A DNA stretch of 55,108 nt, counting the filler, from Sphacelaria rigidula (taxonomy: Eukaryota): the NCBI GenBank assembly GCA_964200075.2. It is 6 parts of 6 records of this genome, joined end to end, with 100 filler letters (N's around TTAATTAATTAA, not from the genome) between each part and the next. Parts side by side here need not be neighbours in the genome. Positions count along the whole stretch, not along the records: positions 9,203 to 18,304 come from CAXNAA020009294.1; positions 18,405 to 27,506 come from CAXNAA020009295.1; 4 more parts are not named here. One strand, 5' to 3'. Shown piece after piece: positions 11,110 to 23,502 of this stretch (its first letter is position 1; every line of letters starts with the position of its first letter). A model generated the notes under the pieces. The model was not told the DNA's origin. It did no database searches and saw nothing but the letters and a program-made list of their open reading frames with translations. Both the position numbers and the translations under genes were made by a program.

Positions 11110-12270
11110 CAGCATTCACATTGGTGTTGCCTGTGTGGTGTTTGACAGTATACTGAAAAGCCGTCAGAAACTCTAACCAGCGTTAGCGTTAGCGTTGCAC
11201 ACGCGGATTATGTTCGCCAACCTTAGCGAGTTGTTCAAGTCCTCCGTGATCCGTGTAGATTTGGAAAGACACGTGAAACAAATATCGTCGAAGGCGCTTT
11301 ATGGCCCAAGTGATGATCCCGCCTTCCAACTCCAGTGGGCTCCAGTTTGCCTCGTTTGGCAGGGTGGCGCGGCTGATATAATGGATGGGTCGAACAGAGC
11401 CATCCAGTTGAGGTTGATTCAGATCCGCGCCGAACCGGTCGGTGCTGGTATCTGTGTGCATATGAAAGAGGCGAGAGCCATCTTGCACCGCCTCCCAGTC
11501 TGGAAAACAGAAAACCGTTATTTCGGTAAGCGTCTTCAGTAAATCGCGAACGACAGCCTCCATGTCTTTGGTGAAGACAAGCGCGGCGCCTTTTTCAAGC
11601 GAGTCTGTAATGGAACGAATCCGTTTGGACAGATTCGGCAAAAAAATCGCGATAGTAAGACAGTCCACCCAACGATGAGCGGAGCTGAGTAATGTTCGGG
11701 GGCATCGGCAATTCAGTCATTGCTCCGACTTTGTTGGTCTCCAGGTGTAGTCCCGCCGGTGAAATTGAATGTCCCAGGAAATCCAATTCAGTCGCGCCAA
11801 GGCGAGCTTTGAATGGAGACAATTTCAGGTCGTGCGTCCGTAGGCGAGAAAAAAACTTTCGTAAGGTGCGCACATGCGCAATAGGGGAGGCATCGAAAGC
11901 GATAGCGTTGTCCAAGTGCATGGTGACGTGTTCGAGATTCTCTGTGACGCGTTGCTTTATGCGTTGGAAACAACCTGGTGCAGTGATTGATTGATTGATG
12001 ATTGATTGATTGATTGATGATTGATTGATTGGTTGATTTGGTTGATTGATTCGCAGTGGCGGCGCTTTTTTGCATACGGAGCCATTCGTAGAGCCTGGAA
12101 GATATATAGAACGCTGTCAGTGGGACTGTGTCAGGGTGAATGGCATTCTGGAAAAATCCAGAAGCGAGATCGAAGGTACCGAATATTTTGCCTTCGACTA
12201 GAGAGCCGAAGACTTCATGTATGCGGGGGATTGAAAGTTTCCTCACCACAGTAGCGCGACCAAGCTCCCA
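11110..12270 (-). pseudogene. Gypsy reverse transcriptase / RNase H fragment
   Basis: Split across ORFs 11788-12282, 11595-11921 and 11189-11668. It is interrupted by a microsatellite insertion and by an AGCGTT tandem triplication at about 11179-11196 that creates stops. Confidence 0.88.
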
Positions 12271-14516
12271 ACGTGGGCACATCAGACAGACCTAGTCAAG
12301 CTTGATCAGACCCGTAACTATAGGGTCCCGGATTTGATCAGAAACGCCTCCTAGCCTCATGAAAAATATGCGGATCACGGCAAACCTCGTCTGTGTCGAT
12401 AATATATTGCTTCATGGCGAGCTTAAGTCCGCGTCTAGGTCGGCCCAGCTCGTAGTATATATGCGCACAAGGTACAGAACGGATGACCTAGAGAACGGGT
12501 GATAAGTTAAAAACTTCGCTGTGAAACCAAGCGTCTGTCGGAAAACGATTTCGGGACACTTGGGCCCCAAGATCATTTTTTTTTGTTTTTGAGGGGGGGG
12601 GGGAGGGGCACCCAGCCTGCTGTCCCCTACTTTATAGCCAAGGCGTTGGCGAGTGAAGCGCTCAGCTGCCATGTCATGTACAGAGATCCTTGGCATGGAG
12701 ACCGCTGGGGTGGCGGGTACGCCGCTCCCCCCAAGCTTATCACATATCATGATTACATTTATGGGATCATATTCCGCGTCGTCTGCCTCGGGCACTTACC
12801 AGCAGTCCAAGCAAGTTTGGCGAGGGGTGAGATACTGTTGCTTTGTTGGCTACAGGCTGTCGCCACTGTGCACTCGTGTGCATAAATGTGTGTGAGCGTG
12901 GCCGGCATCTGTGGTCATCGGGACAGAGCGGGCGAGGAGAAGAAGCAAATATACGAACATCGCAAAGCCCACCAGACTCTTCGGGCTTTTTCGGCAATAT
13001 TTATTTGACAAAACAAAAGTCATGACAGTTTTCGAAATATTGCACTCCGGGAGGGCTCCGTGTCCGAAAATCTTCTCCCGACAGACCCTTGGAGAAACAG
13101 GTTTGCAAATACCTGTAGTTTACGCGGCAACTCTGGACCACTGTAGTTCTAGACTGTGACCATATGGTATTGCGTAGCTTTCATTCCTGTAGCGTTCATT
13201 CCTTGAAAATCAGAAGCGAGTAGGAATCGTGAATGTACCTCGACATTATAATGCGCACTTTTTACTGGGGCTGGCGTGCCCGGAATAAGCTATTCCAATC
13301 GACTACTTACTTGGGCGCCATAGCCTCCGATGTGGACCCTGTCTAGCTCCACCTCTCAGTTGGAATATGAGTAACAAATACTTTCCTTAAATACTATACA
13401 GACATGGAGATAAATGTGGTACGACGCAGGGGATACTCTCGTCATTGGGGGTGGAACTCACGGACAGGAGCTGCCCAATTGCATCATCGGAGCTACCGAC
13501 GTTTGAAAAAAGCCGAAGATTTTTGTTCGGTCAAGAGGTCTAGCGCCCAAGGGATGAAGCGTCCTCATTTACTTGCAGCATGATCGTTTCTCCAATTGCG
13601 AGGTTTGTTTTCATCATCATATATATATGTATATATAAAAATATTCGGAGGTCATGAAGCACTCACGACCAACTCTGAAAGAAATAATAATTTCTGTGGG
13701 AAAGTAAATGCGGTCAAGCAGGTTTCGAAGGGTGAGTACACATATATAACATTGTTCCCTGAACGAGGATACAGCGGCAACAAATCGCGAGGCTTCTATT
13801 TTCCGTAGCAACATTTAACACCCTTTCTTATCCCTTCATTGAGAACATTGAAAACGGATTATCTTCGAAAATGAGCTTAAACAACATTAAAGTCAGGTTC
13901 AACCCCAAAAGAGTGCTTTCCCTGACCTCAAGTCATAACAAATTACGTTTATATGGACGTCCCCATGCCCCCCGATCTCCCTGGGACTATTTTGGGGGGG
14001 TTCCCGTCTTCTTCCGTTTCCTCAAACAGCATGTGCAAAATCACCATTTTCGGGCTGAGAGAGTCGCTTTTTTCAACTGAAATCGAGGCAAAAAAGTGTT
14101 TTCGCACATACATTTTGGGAAAACGGAACACAGGAAACCCCGAAAAATAGATCTGGGGGCATGAGGTCGTCGTCCATGTGAAAGTCACTTCTTGTCATGA
14201 CTTTAGGTCAGGGAAAGCACAGTTTTGGACTCATTTTCAACCCAGTTTTAAAGATAATATCGTCGAAGCAGATAACATCTATCTGTTGCGAGGATCTCGA
14301 ATCCCCCATTGCATGGCTTCTTACCATCCATTATTAACCAGTCCGCGACGAACCCAGCCTTGCTTGGTTACAAGATAGACGCCCCGCCCTCGTTAAATGC
14401 ACGAAAACACTCACTCGCTGCTGAAGAGAAGGAAACCGAACTCAAGAGTAAAATTTCAGAGACAGAAAGAAACGACGAGAGAATGAATACCGTACCTACT
14501 AGACTAACTATACTAG

Positions 14517-14763
14517 AGTCATCCTACGATAGGGGAGGGGGTATTTTGGGCCACTTCTTACGCGAAATTCTAAGTCAAATCATCGTTGAAAGCAGCGATG
14601 GTTGCTCGAAGGAGCTGGTTATAGATAAATAACGCCCGTGCATACTGCTTGACACCGTTGTACAACAAACGCAAGCGCACCGCGAGTGTGGAAGGTCGTC
14701 TGACACACCTCCGAGCCTCTTTTTTCGTGCGATCAAAATCCCCCCCCCTGTCGTAGGATGACT
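14517..14763. mobile_element. MITE (~245 bp) with TIR GTCATCCTACGATAGGGG / CCCCTGTCGTAGGATGAC
   Basis: Terminal inverted repeats are visible. A diverged second copy is at about 16422-16660. Confidence 0.7.
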
Positions 14764-14830
14764 TGCTCCGTCTCGAAAGGGATGCGTGGTCAATGGTCAA
14801 ATGACTAAGGCAAGGAGCAAATGAGTGCGA
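14764..14830 (+). mobile_element. ~66-bp short interspersed element with a 17-bp target-site duplication
   Basis: TGCTCCGTCTCGAAAGGGATGCGTGGTCAATGGTCAAA...GAGT flanked by CCTGTCGTAGGATGACT at 14747-14763 and 14831-14847. Other copies start at 17218, 18405, 29497, 30892, 35203, 36669 and 52323. Confidence 0.8.
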
Positions 14831-16079
14831 CCTGTCGTAGGATGACTCATTAGCTGGTATAGACCCCAGGCGAAGAGGTATCGTATAGCACTACTACTGA
14901 TCTCGAGGGGGAAATGTTTACATTATCGCAGTATTTCATTCTTGAGGCACAGTACCCCATCCATACAGAAGAGACGCGAATCAGCGCTCACTTCACCACA
15001 ACAGTGATGCAGTCCGTGTCGGCTCAAGACACCATGTTGTTTGTATCCATGCTGGACAGAGGTCATGTAAATAGGCCATGTTTTGCTTCGTGTGGTTTGG
15101 TACTACTACTACTCTTGTTGACAGTCGACTGTTTGACCCTTGAAATCATGCTCCTCAATCCGCAAACGAAAAATGAATCTTTGAGCGAGAGAACATCTTG
15201 ATTTACTTGTTGTCCACACCCTGAATTTCTTGTCAGCTTTATGTGAAGATCGCCATTTGGGCATGTGCGGAGAAATTTCCTGTTATGACGTGTAACCTTG
15301 TGAACGGCTGTTACAGTGAGCCCATTGTCCCGGACCCCAGAATGGAGATGGCAACTGACACTGGCAAGCATAAAGATATCCAATAGCTCCCCACGTTCCA
15401 GAATTTTGAAACCTACACATGAATGTTTTCCGCAGTAGCTCTTCGCATCGGTACGGCGGGGTTCGAAGCGGTGAGCTTACCAACAGGTTTACAGACGACA
15501 CGTGCAGAATCTACAGATGGGGGTGCATTCTCGAGACCACTTGACGACACAAAAAATACTCAATTCAGTCAAACGTTTTCAACGGGGATGTCCTACAAGA
15601 ACACACCGCGTGATCGCGTGACGTGGCAGGGTTCTAAATGCCTCGGCTCTTCACACCACTTCGTGGACGCATACACGTTGGCTTCACCGTCATAGCGTCT
15701 ACCTACGGCATAAAACCTCCAACAACAAAGTCCACCCCAAGACATATAAAACAAGTACCGATCCCATACTCGACAATACACTGCAAAGGCATTGCCCGGA
15801 GGAGAGGAGGGTCGATGCCTCTGAGACTATCAACTCGTCCCGCCGAGAGAGAAGGGGAGGAGAGGAGTCCCCCTATCCTGTTTAGGGGGGTGTTGAGAAT
15901 ACATATTGCAATACGTGTAGAAAGCACACGGGGCACACGACTTTAATGCCTGGCTTAAACAGTGTTGCCCATCAACTTGCAAGTATCGCTCCATCGGCTG
16001 CATGGTCACCATCCACGCATTTCACGTAGCGCATATACACCCGTAAGGGACCGGCAAACTGTTTCGGTAGATGACGTGA

Positions 16080-16230
16080 CTAGCCGCCGGCCTGTTCTTC
16101 GAACAACAGGGCGCCCGCATGGAGCTGCATCTTCTCTATTAGCTTGGCCTGCTTTTTGAGCCTAGCCTGCGTAGCCTGGGCTTCCGTCAGCCATTCCCGC
16201 TCGCGATCAGCAGCAGCGTCGGCTTGGGTC
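16080..16230 (-). CDS. Probable terminal exon of an unidentified gene (helical, charged peptide)
   Basis: Acceptor gggtgcag|G. Translation TQADAAADREREWLTEAQATQARLKKQAKLIEKMQLHAGALLFEEQAGG* has coding-like composition. No upstream exon was identified. Confidence 0.4.
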
Positions 16231-16421
16231 CTGCACCCATCAAGACGTCACGGTACATCCACCTTGCTCGTGTCAGTTCTTTCAACACTATCGGAGAACA
16301 TGATTTCATCGTGCAAGCAAGCAACCGTACATCTATATCGGGCAATATATACACGCGAGTGTTGCACAAATACTTCCCCTTTGGCGGTTCCGGTTCCATG
16401 GGATATCAACGGAGTAGAATG

Positions 16422-16660
16422 CTACGATAGGCGGTGGGAGAGTACTTTGGGCTATATCTTCCTCGAAATTCCACTTCATATCGTCGTTGAAAGCAGCAAC
16501 GGTTGTTCGAACGATCTTGTTCGCTGTGAATAACGCTCGTTCATACTGATTGGCACCGTTTTTTCACCCAGCTACAAGCGCACCGCGAGTGTGCTAGATC
16601 CTCTGATACATCTACGAGCCCTTTTTTTGTGGAATCAACACTCCCCCGCCCATCATAGCA
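16422..16660. mobile_element. Diverged copy of the MITE at 14517-14763
   Basis: Shares CTACGATAGG, CGTTGAAAGCAGC and CAAGCGCACCGCGAGTGTG blocks in the same order. Confidence 0.65.
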
Positions 16661-18781
16661 TGGCTGAGAGGTAAGCGGTATACTTCCAAACAATGATAGA
16701 CAGTCACACCTGATTGTTCTTTCAACGATCGTGATAGCAATCCTTCCCCCCAAGTCTGCTCTATCCTCCGTCCGCTCATCATTGAGTAAAACAGGTGCTT
16801 GGGCTATCCCAAAGTAGGAGGGGGATGTTTAGACCAAGCTATTGCCCGAAAATAGTCGCGTAGAGACGTTGCTTGAGGCAGTAACGAGTACCATAAAATA
16901 TTCACATCGACATTCGGCGACATGTCGGTAGCATGATGCCGCTTCACCACGCGAAAATGCGCGCACGGAAATATGTCGTCATCCTCCACACCCATTGTGA
17001 ACCCCGATGTCTCAGGCAACCATTTACTCTCCATCCTGCGATGGAGTAGGCTCTGTTAACGCCCACTAGCCCATAAACCCCGTAAATCCCATTTTCGAGC
17101 ACATGCACGTGTCTGCATCCAGGCACCCCGGAATCGAAGGTCGTCGACTCCTCGGAAATACCGCCTATCGTTAGAGACGCGTTTGAGGTTTACTACACCC
17201 CCTCGCCCCCCCCACTATGCTCCGTCGCGAAAGGGATGCGTGGCCAATGGTCAAACGACTAAGGCAAGCAACAAAACAGGACGNNNNNNNNNNCCTCCCC
17301 CCACCCCCGATGCTAATGTCCTAGCCTCCTCCGCACTCCCCCCTATCATTAGAAAAGCGCTGGCGCTTCACCCCCCCCCCCCCCCCCCCCCACTCTTGTT
17401 TTTTGGTGCCCACCCTCCAACACCCATCATCGTCCGTGTCTAGTGTTGTTTTTACAATCACTGTGGGGACGCGTGATATGAAGGGTCATGAAGGATGAAG
17501 TACTGGGGGCGCTGCTATTATGACATCACCAGTGGTGGTATCGGGGTTAGTTTTGGCAGCGGTACACGTGTTGCAGCGCATAATCCAGGCCTGATAGATG
17601 TGATCCATCATGGTGATTGTTTGTTGTCAAACACGAGGCTTCACTTTTGGGAGATGGCGGGACGGAGATCCGTTGGATCGTACCACGACATTTCCTCTTT
17701 CGGAACTCATTATGTGGAACTTCGTTGTTAATTTACAGTATCACAAAACTTCATTTTAAACTCACTGTGCGGAGTTCCGCTGAAAGAGGAGGACAAGCCA
17801 TAGGGCGATCGCGAGGCACACCGTGATGATGCTGTAGTCCACAAGAAGGGCGTAGATCTGCAGCAGAAGCAATGGAAACACACGACTTTTGTCATTTATT
17901 ATGCAGTGGTCAATTCACCAATACTGAGAGAGTTTGCAATTCAGAAGCAAAAGCGTTGCAACGACCAGCACTTTTCTGTTGTTTGACGCGAGCAACATCA
18001 TGTCAGTTTTGTAGACCGCCAACAAAAAAAAACGTTCACGGTGCTTCGTATTTCTCAAGACTCGCGACGATGCTGCGATGGGAAACAACGTAACAGTTGG
18101 GCAATTCTGTTTTCGTCCTCCTTTTAGCCCCCCCCCCTCTGTCGGGACGAGTCCATCATCTCAAAGGATCGATCCATCTAGTGCCTTACAGTGCTGGTGT
18201 ACGATGTAGTATTGCTTTTTCGTGCTTCGTGGCAAGTTTGTCCCTTCCCCCCCCCCCCCCCCCTTCGACCCCCGATGGGGTTGGCGTCGGTTGGCGATGA
18301 CGCTNNNNNNNNNNNNNNNNNNNNNNNNNNNNNNNNNNNNNNNNNNNNTTAATTAATTAANNNNNNNNNNNNNNNNNNNNNNNNNNNNNNNNNNNNNNNN
18401 NNNNCTTGCCTTAGTCATTTGACCATTGACCACGCATTCCTTTCGAGACGGAGCACCTAGTTGGGGAGGGGGGGGGTTATACAGTTGGGAGCAGTTTTGA
18501 TGAGAACTGAAACGAAAACGCCCCAAATTTCTCACCTCCGACGGCCTACTCGCTGCGCCCGGCGATATTTTTGCGACATTCGCCAATAGTTTTCGAATGC
18601 TGATACTGGAAAAAATAATCGTTACATCGGCTGAGCCGAGGTCCGACATTCAATCATATTGTTCATTGCTATTGAACACATAACCCTATTCATCTCACAA
18701 ACCTTCTCACATTGACTGGGCTATTTCCAACTCGTGCAGGTTGTGACCGTTTCAAAATGACTCCCAACACTCATGGAGCCA

Positions 18782-19535
18782 TCATTCACCATGCACACCG
18801 ACATCGAAGAAGTGCACTCCACCCTCTCCTGTCACTACCGCTAACTTTACCCCTACAGCACTACCTCGATCATCGCCCGTATTACCCCGCCCTTGCACTT
18901 TCATTGCAGCCGTTGCACCACCCCTCGGAAGCTCCCCAGCTTTACCCCTATCCACATCTCCATCATCTTCAACTCCGTCTGTCCCTGCGCTGTTAGTTTC
19001 ACGCTGCACACCTTCACCGACGCCTTCGTTGGTACCTCTACTCTCAAATTCTCTTGCAGTCGAAGAAGTCAAACGCGGAGGTGAGGCACTCAACACTTGA
19101 TCAGCATCCGATGCTCCGGTACCCCCTGCCGCTAGCCCTCTGGGGTCCTCATACCCTCGCAACTTCCCCTCTCCTTTCCCAACAGTGCTCGGCACAGCTA
19201 CCGCATGTGTTCTCGCCGAAGACTTGGCGCAAGACATAGCCCGGCGCGCTAGCGAAGCAAGAGATCGATGTGTCGGCATTGGATCGGCGTAGCGACACAC
19301 GGCGACAACGCAGTCGGGAGGACCGGGGTCACGCTTTCGGAAGTTGGAGTTTGGCGGCGCGTAGGCGTGGAACGTTACCGGTATCGCCTTGTCTTGCTGG
19401 TCGCAGTAGTCAGTTGCGCCGGCGGTGTCGCTTTGTGATTTCCTCGTCCCAAACCAAAGCAGCGGAGGTGCCACCTCACGCGGGTGACCTCGAGGTGGAA
19501 TACTATCTTTCGGCTGGCGTCTGACCACGTACGAC
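18782..19535 (-). CDS. TSEN54: tRNA-splicing endonuclease subunit Sen54, last exon
   Basis: Acceptor gcagcag|G. (R)SYVVRR ... FHAYAPPNSNFRKRDPGPPDCVVAV ... VKLAVVTGEGGVHFF* matches Sen54 C-terminal motifs. Confidence 0.85.
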
Positions 19536-19924
19536 CTGCTGCAGCAAATGTTTTAGAGACGAAGGGCAAGCAAATGGCAGAGCCATTTCACGGCAGGGGG
19601 CGGAAACTTTGGGTCAAGTTGTTGCCCGACAAATAGCCACTTTGAGTCTTTGCTTCAGGCAGCAGGGAGTGCATGTACACGCGACACGTCACAAGGGACT
19701 CAAGATTAGGAATAAGTAACAACTCACACTACGGAAGCTAAGAATATCAGTGAAATTTTCTGGGGGATACTTCCAGGTTGCCTGCAATTCTGTTACCGTA
19801 GTTTCAGGTACGGTAAACGAATGGCATTCGTTTTGCCTTCCAGAGAAGAGTACTATAAAAATGACATTAATATCGACATCCAGCGATCAGTCGAAATCTT
19901 GACGTTGTTTTTTTCAGGGATTTA

Positions 19925-20327
19925 CACGTTACACACGTCACACATTTGATAAAACCGGGAAAAACGTAACTTTGGGCCAATTAACGCTACGTAAGGTTTG
20001 TTGTTTTGGACGGGACAAATGTAACGTAACGTGATGTAGCGCGTGGACCTTGAAACAGCGTCTCTTGGGATTCCCAAGACGTAAAAAGAGGCTAATTTTG
20101 TAATTTTATAACGTGACACGTGACACGTTACAAATTCACGAAAAAACGCAGAGTTTTCGTCACACTTGGGAAGTAAAACGCTGTGGTGGGGTTCATGCGA
20201 AGGGCCACACGTTACATCACGTTACTTTACATTTGTCCCGTCCAAAAAATCGAACCTTACGTAGCGTTAACTGGCCCAAAGTTACGTTTTTTCGAATGTG
20301 TCACGTAAAAACGCCACGTGTAACGTG
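19925..20327. mobile_element. MITE with long inverted arms and TA flanks (Tc1/mariner-like), in Sen54 intron 2
   Basis: TA-CACGTTACAC ... GTGTAACGTG-TA. Internal arms such as TTTTGGACGGGACAAATGTAA / TTACATTTGTCCCGTCCAAAA are complementary. Confidence 0.75.
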
Positions 20328-20826
20328 TATACCCATGTTTTTTTTCCCATCACGGACAATTGTACGCAGGGGAGTGTATCGTTACACACCACATCCTTGA
20401 TTCCACCTGTTTCGGGTAAACAACACACACTCCCTCACCATGAAATGGCCCGGCATATATATTTCAAGCTTTCTGTCAGCTTTACCTCGCGGGACGCTGC
20501 TGCGGGATCATAGTCTAATCACGTGTAGAACACGACCCAACCGCGGGTGTTTTACGCCAAGCGGGGCCCAGTAACGTAATATGGACGAAGCTCGTGTTAC
20601 CTTTGCCTGAGGATTCCCGATCTCGCAGCTCCACCATACGGTGTCAGGACGTTACACATGTATCTCGTGACGATGCCAAACATAAGTTCGAACATACACC
20701 AATAACGTCAAGCCCGGCTTCACACCTAGATGTAAGGACGCTCTTCGCATCACAAGAAACAAGGGCCGTGTGGAGTTTTTACGCCCAACAAACCTTCACG
20801 CTCTTTTCATTGCAGCAAGAACGCAC

Positions 20827-21587
20827 CTTCGTTTGAGTTCCGCGTAAGCACGGTAGCATTCCCAGGGGACACCCGCTCTCGGCAAGGTCTCACGCAGCCA
20901 GTCAATCGATGCAAATTGTGACCCTGGTCCCGCCTCATCCACAGGACAGCCAATCACCGACTCGATTACCCCAGGCTGTACCCGCGATTGCTGCCGATTG
21001 ACATTATCCTGGGCATGTCCACCTCCTCGCGTTTCCCCCGAAGTAGTTGCTCCGGGACGTTCATCCTCTCCGCGGGGCGAATTTTCAACCTCCTCCAGTC
21101 GCACAGTTGCAGGGTGGACTGTACGATCTCGAGAATCTCGAACATTTGTGCGATCTTCAGCAGTTACTGGAAGGTTGTAGTGTTCGGCACTTGGTGTGAC
21201 ACCGGAGTAGGTAATGCTGGAGGCAGACTCTACCCCTGCTGCCGCGTGAATACTGGCGGACTTCGCGTCATTCAGAGGCGCTAGCGGCAACTGGTGTGAG
21301 CGGAAATCTCCGTGTAGTCTCCCGTCCTCCTCCAGCTGCCCCACAAACCCTGACATCCCACCAGTGCTTAATGCCCCACATTTTCCCAGCACATCGCTTG
21401 TGGTCAACCCAATTGAACGTGCGGCGCCAAGGCTGGTGGTGGTTGTGGATGATACGGCGGCACTGGCGAGACGGGATGGGGGCGAGGGTGTGGGGCGCTG
21501 TGGGTGTTGAACGGCGAGTAATCCTCGCTCAGCGAGCCAGAGCGCTTCTTCGGCGTAAAGCACCATGCGTCCATGCAACGTGGAACC
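20827..21587 (-). CDS. TSEN54: Sen54 exon 2
   Basis: Acceptor catctag|GGT, donor AG|gtgcgt. LYAEEALWLAERGLL is the Sen54 N-domain EEAL.L.ERG motif, and the exon ends YRAYAELKR. Confidence 0.87.
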
Positions 21588-22495
21588 CTAGATGCATCAC
21601 ATCGGGAATTCGTGATTTTACGGTCGGGCTTCGAGGGGGCGTATCCCGAACGAAAACAAGGGCAGAGAGCGTATAGCGGGGTCCATTGCATGTTCAGAGG
21701 CTCAACGTGAGTAATTTAACTGAACCAAGGTCAGTGTCGGATCTCGGGTTTGGGTCCCCTACTTGCCATTCTTGCTTGTTTCAAACCAGGCACGTTCGAC
21801 TCTCAAAAACAGTTGCGAAAAAAGTACGCTCCACGATGTACGTGCGGGAGCAACCTTGGCCGAATAAGACGAACATTGTTTTAGAGTAGTCTCGGGCAAA
21901 TCAAATATTTGCTTTGGTCACAAGCACGAACTGACTACTGAGCGTTCAGCACCCACTTGCACAAGGAGTTAACCAAACCACATGTGTTGCCAATACTGCA
22001 TACCACACGTATAAGAGTGGGGGAAATTGTGGAGCGCGATGACGAGTCGGGTAACACGGTCACAACCGCCACCGCCACATACACTCGACAATCGCGCGAA
22101 TTTTCCCTTGCGAAAACTAATCTCCGCCTGGCATGGGCGCCGGGGCCTACGTTGCCTGGAAGAAGCAGTTGCCGCCTTCCCTTCGATGCACACTGTTTGC
22201 ATCAGGTATTTTCAACAGGTGTAGAGTACCGAGCACGACAGATAACACCACTGCACCCGTTTCCACACATTCTTTTTTCTTTCTCGGGATACAACATGCT
22301 CCCGCCGCGCGGGACCCCGATCATGGGAAGGTTTTGAGATCTTTCTCGCACAGCAGTACAGCTACGAATATGATCTATTATCGCGGGTTGGAACGTGGTC
22401 AACGAAGTCGAGGAAATCGCGTTCAGAAAGCTGGTTCAGTCAGTATCCGTTTCAGTGTGCACACAAACAACGAGTAAAAACTGCTTGTAACCCAC

Positions 22496-22774
22496 CGTTG
22501 ATCGGAGTGCATCCCCTCGGGGTTTGATAACCTCAAACACCGCTGACTGTTGATGCCAGACTGCCACACTGGTGCTTTTACCATGGCTAGTGAGGGCCTT
22601 ATGACCTCCATGTTGATCGACACATGATTCTTGTGTAACCGAAGCTGGTGCGGAGGATGTATCCTTTCCCGGAGACCTCCCTCCGACTTTCGCTATGCTC
22701 GTTTTACCACCACGGTTTACGCCATGTAGTTTCACATCGGTCACATGCTGATCCAGTCGAGCGTCTTCACTCAT
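22496..22774 (-). CDS. TSEN54: Sen54 exon 1
   Basis: ATG at 22774. Ends SVAVWHQQSAVFEVIKPRGDALRST with donor ACG|gtgggt at phase 0, in frame with exon 2. Confidence 0.75.
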
Positions 22775-23502
22775 CGCCGAAGCGCAGTGCAGTATCCGGT
22801 GTCCTGCAAAGCGCAGCGCTCTGTACCGGACGGTCTGTACTACTACTGCTGTGAATCTGTCGTCTGTACGAAATCCGATCTGTCCGCTCTGGATTGTAGT
22901 TGTAACTACTCGCGCATGAACAACCAATCGCGACAGTCGTCTCGCCAAAAATTCAGCAACAACATGAAAAACGAACAAAATACATCGATATCAGTACAGT
23001 ACTACAGAAAGATTTCTATGCTTGGCGGTACAGGAAGGTGGCTGTCGACGACAAGGCGCCAGAGGAACGACCAAGAGCTGGAGACACGAGGTTGAGATTA
23101 TCGCACACAAAAATCGTTTTCTAAAACAGCAGTATATGAAGTATCATTTTCCACAAAAAACACAACTTGTCGTATACATCTTGTATAAATATCCCTGACA
23201 TATAATATCGTATAAATCTGTGCTTGTGTTTGTCAAACGCTGACGGGAACTAATTAGCCATACAAATCTGTATACAAATAATTTATCATCCAACAAATTT
23301 CATCCCGTGCTTCATGTTTATGGCCGTATTCGGCGGTAAAATAATAAATTAAGTTTTACATCGTACGACATTATTGAATCGCGGGTTAGAACGATTCCGA
23401 AATGCCTACTTTGAACCCTCTCTCGGACGCTGCGTCTGTTGCCCCCCGGACACCACTTAGCCCCCCAGTCTTTTCCCCGGGTATCAAGCACCTTCTAGCA
23501 CC

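Larger units (their letters stand above)
9203..12270 (-). mobile_element. Degenerate Ty3/Gypsy LTR retrotransposon pol remnant (RT - RNase H - integrase order)
   Basis: RT motifs FDLASGFFQ, TAF, LKLSPFKARLG, FLGH; RNase H motifs HTDTSTDRFGA, ELE, IYTDH; integrase motifs VSLDYFGPLP, LLSDNGQQF, SAYHPNGNG. Several frameshifts and stops. No LTR was seen. Confidence 0.93.

Noticed and set aside
12412..12850. Minus-strand ORF and a strong GTAAGT donor at about 12797
   Set aside because: No recognisable protein and no consistent exon partner.
14764..14830. Hammerhead ribozyme in the 66-bp element
   Set aside because: The CUGANGA core is absent on both strands. A structure is plausible, but no known ribozyme consensus was recognised.
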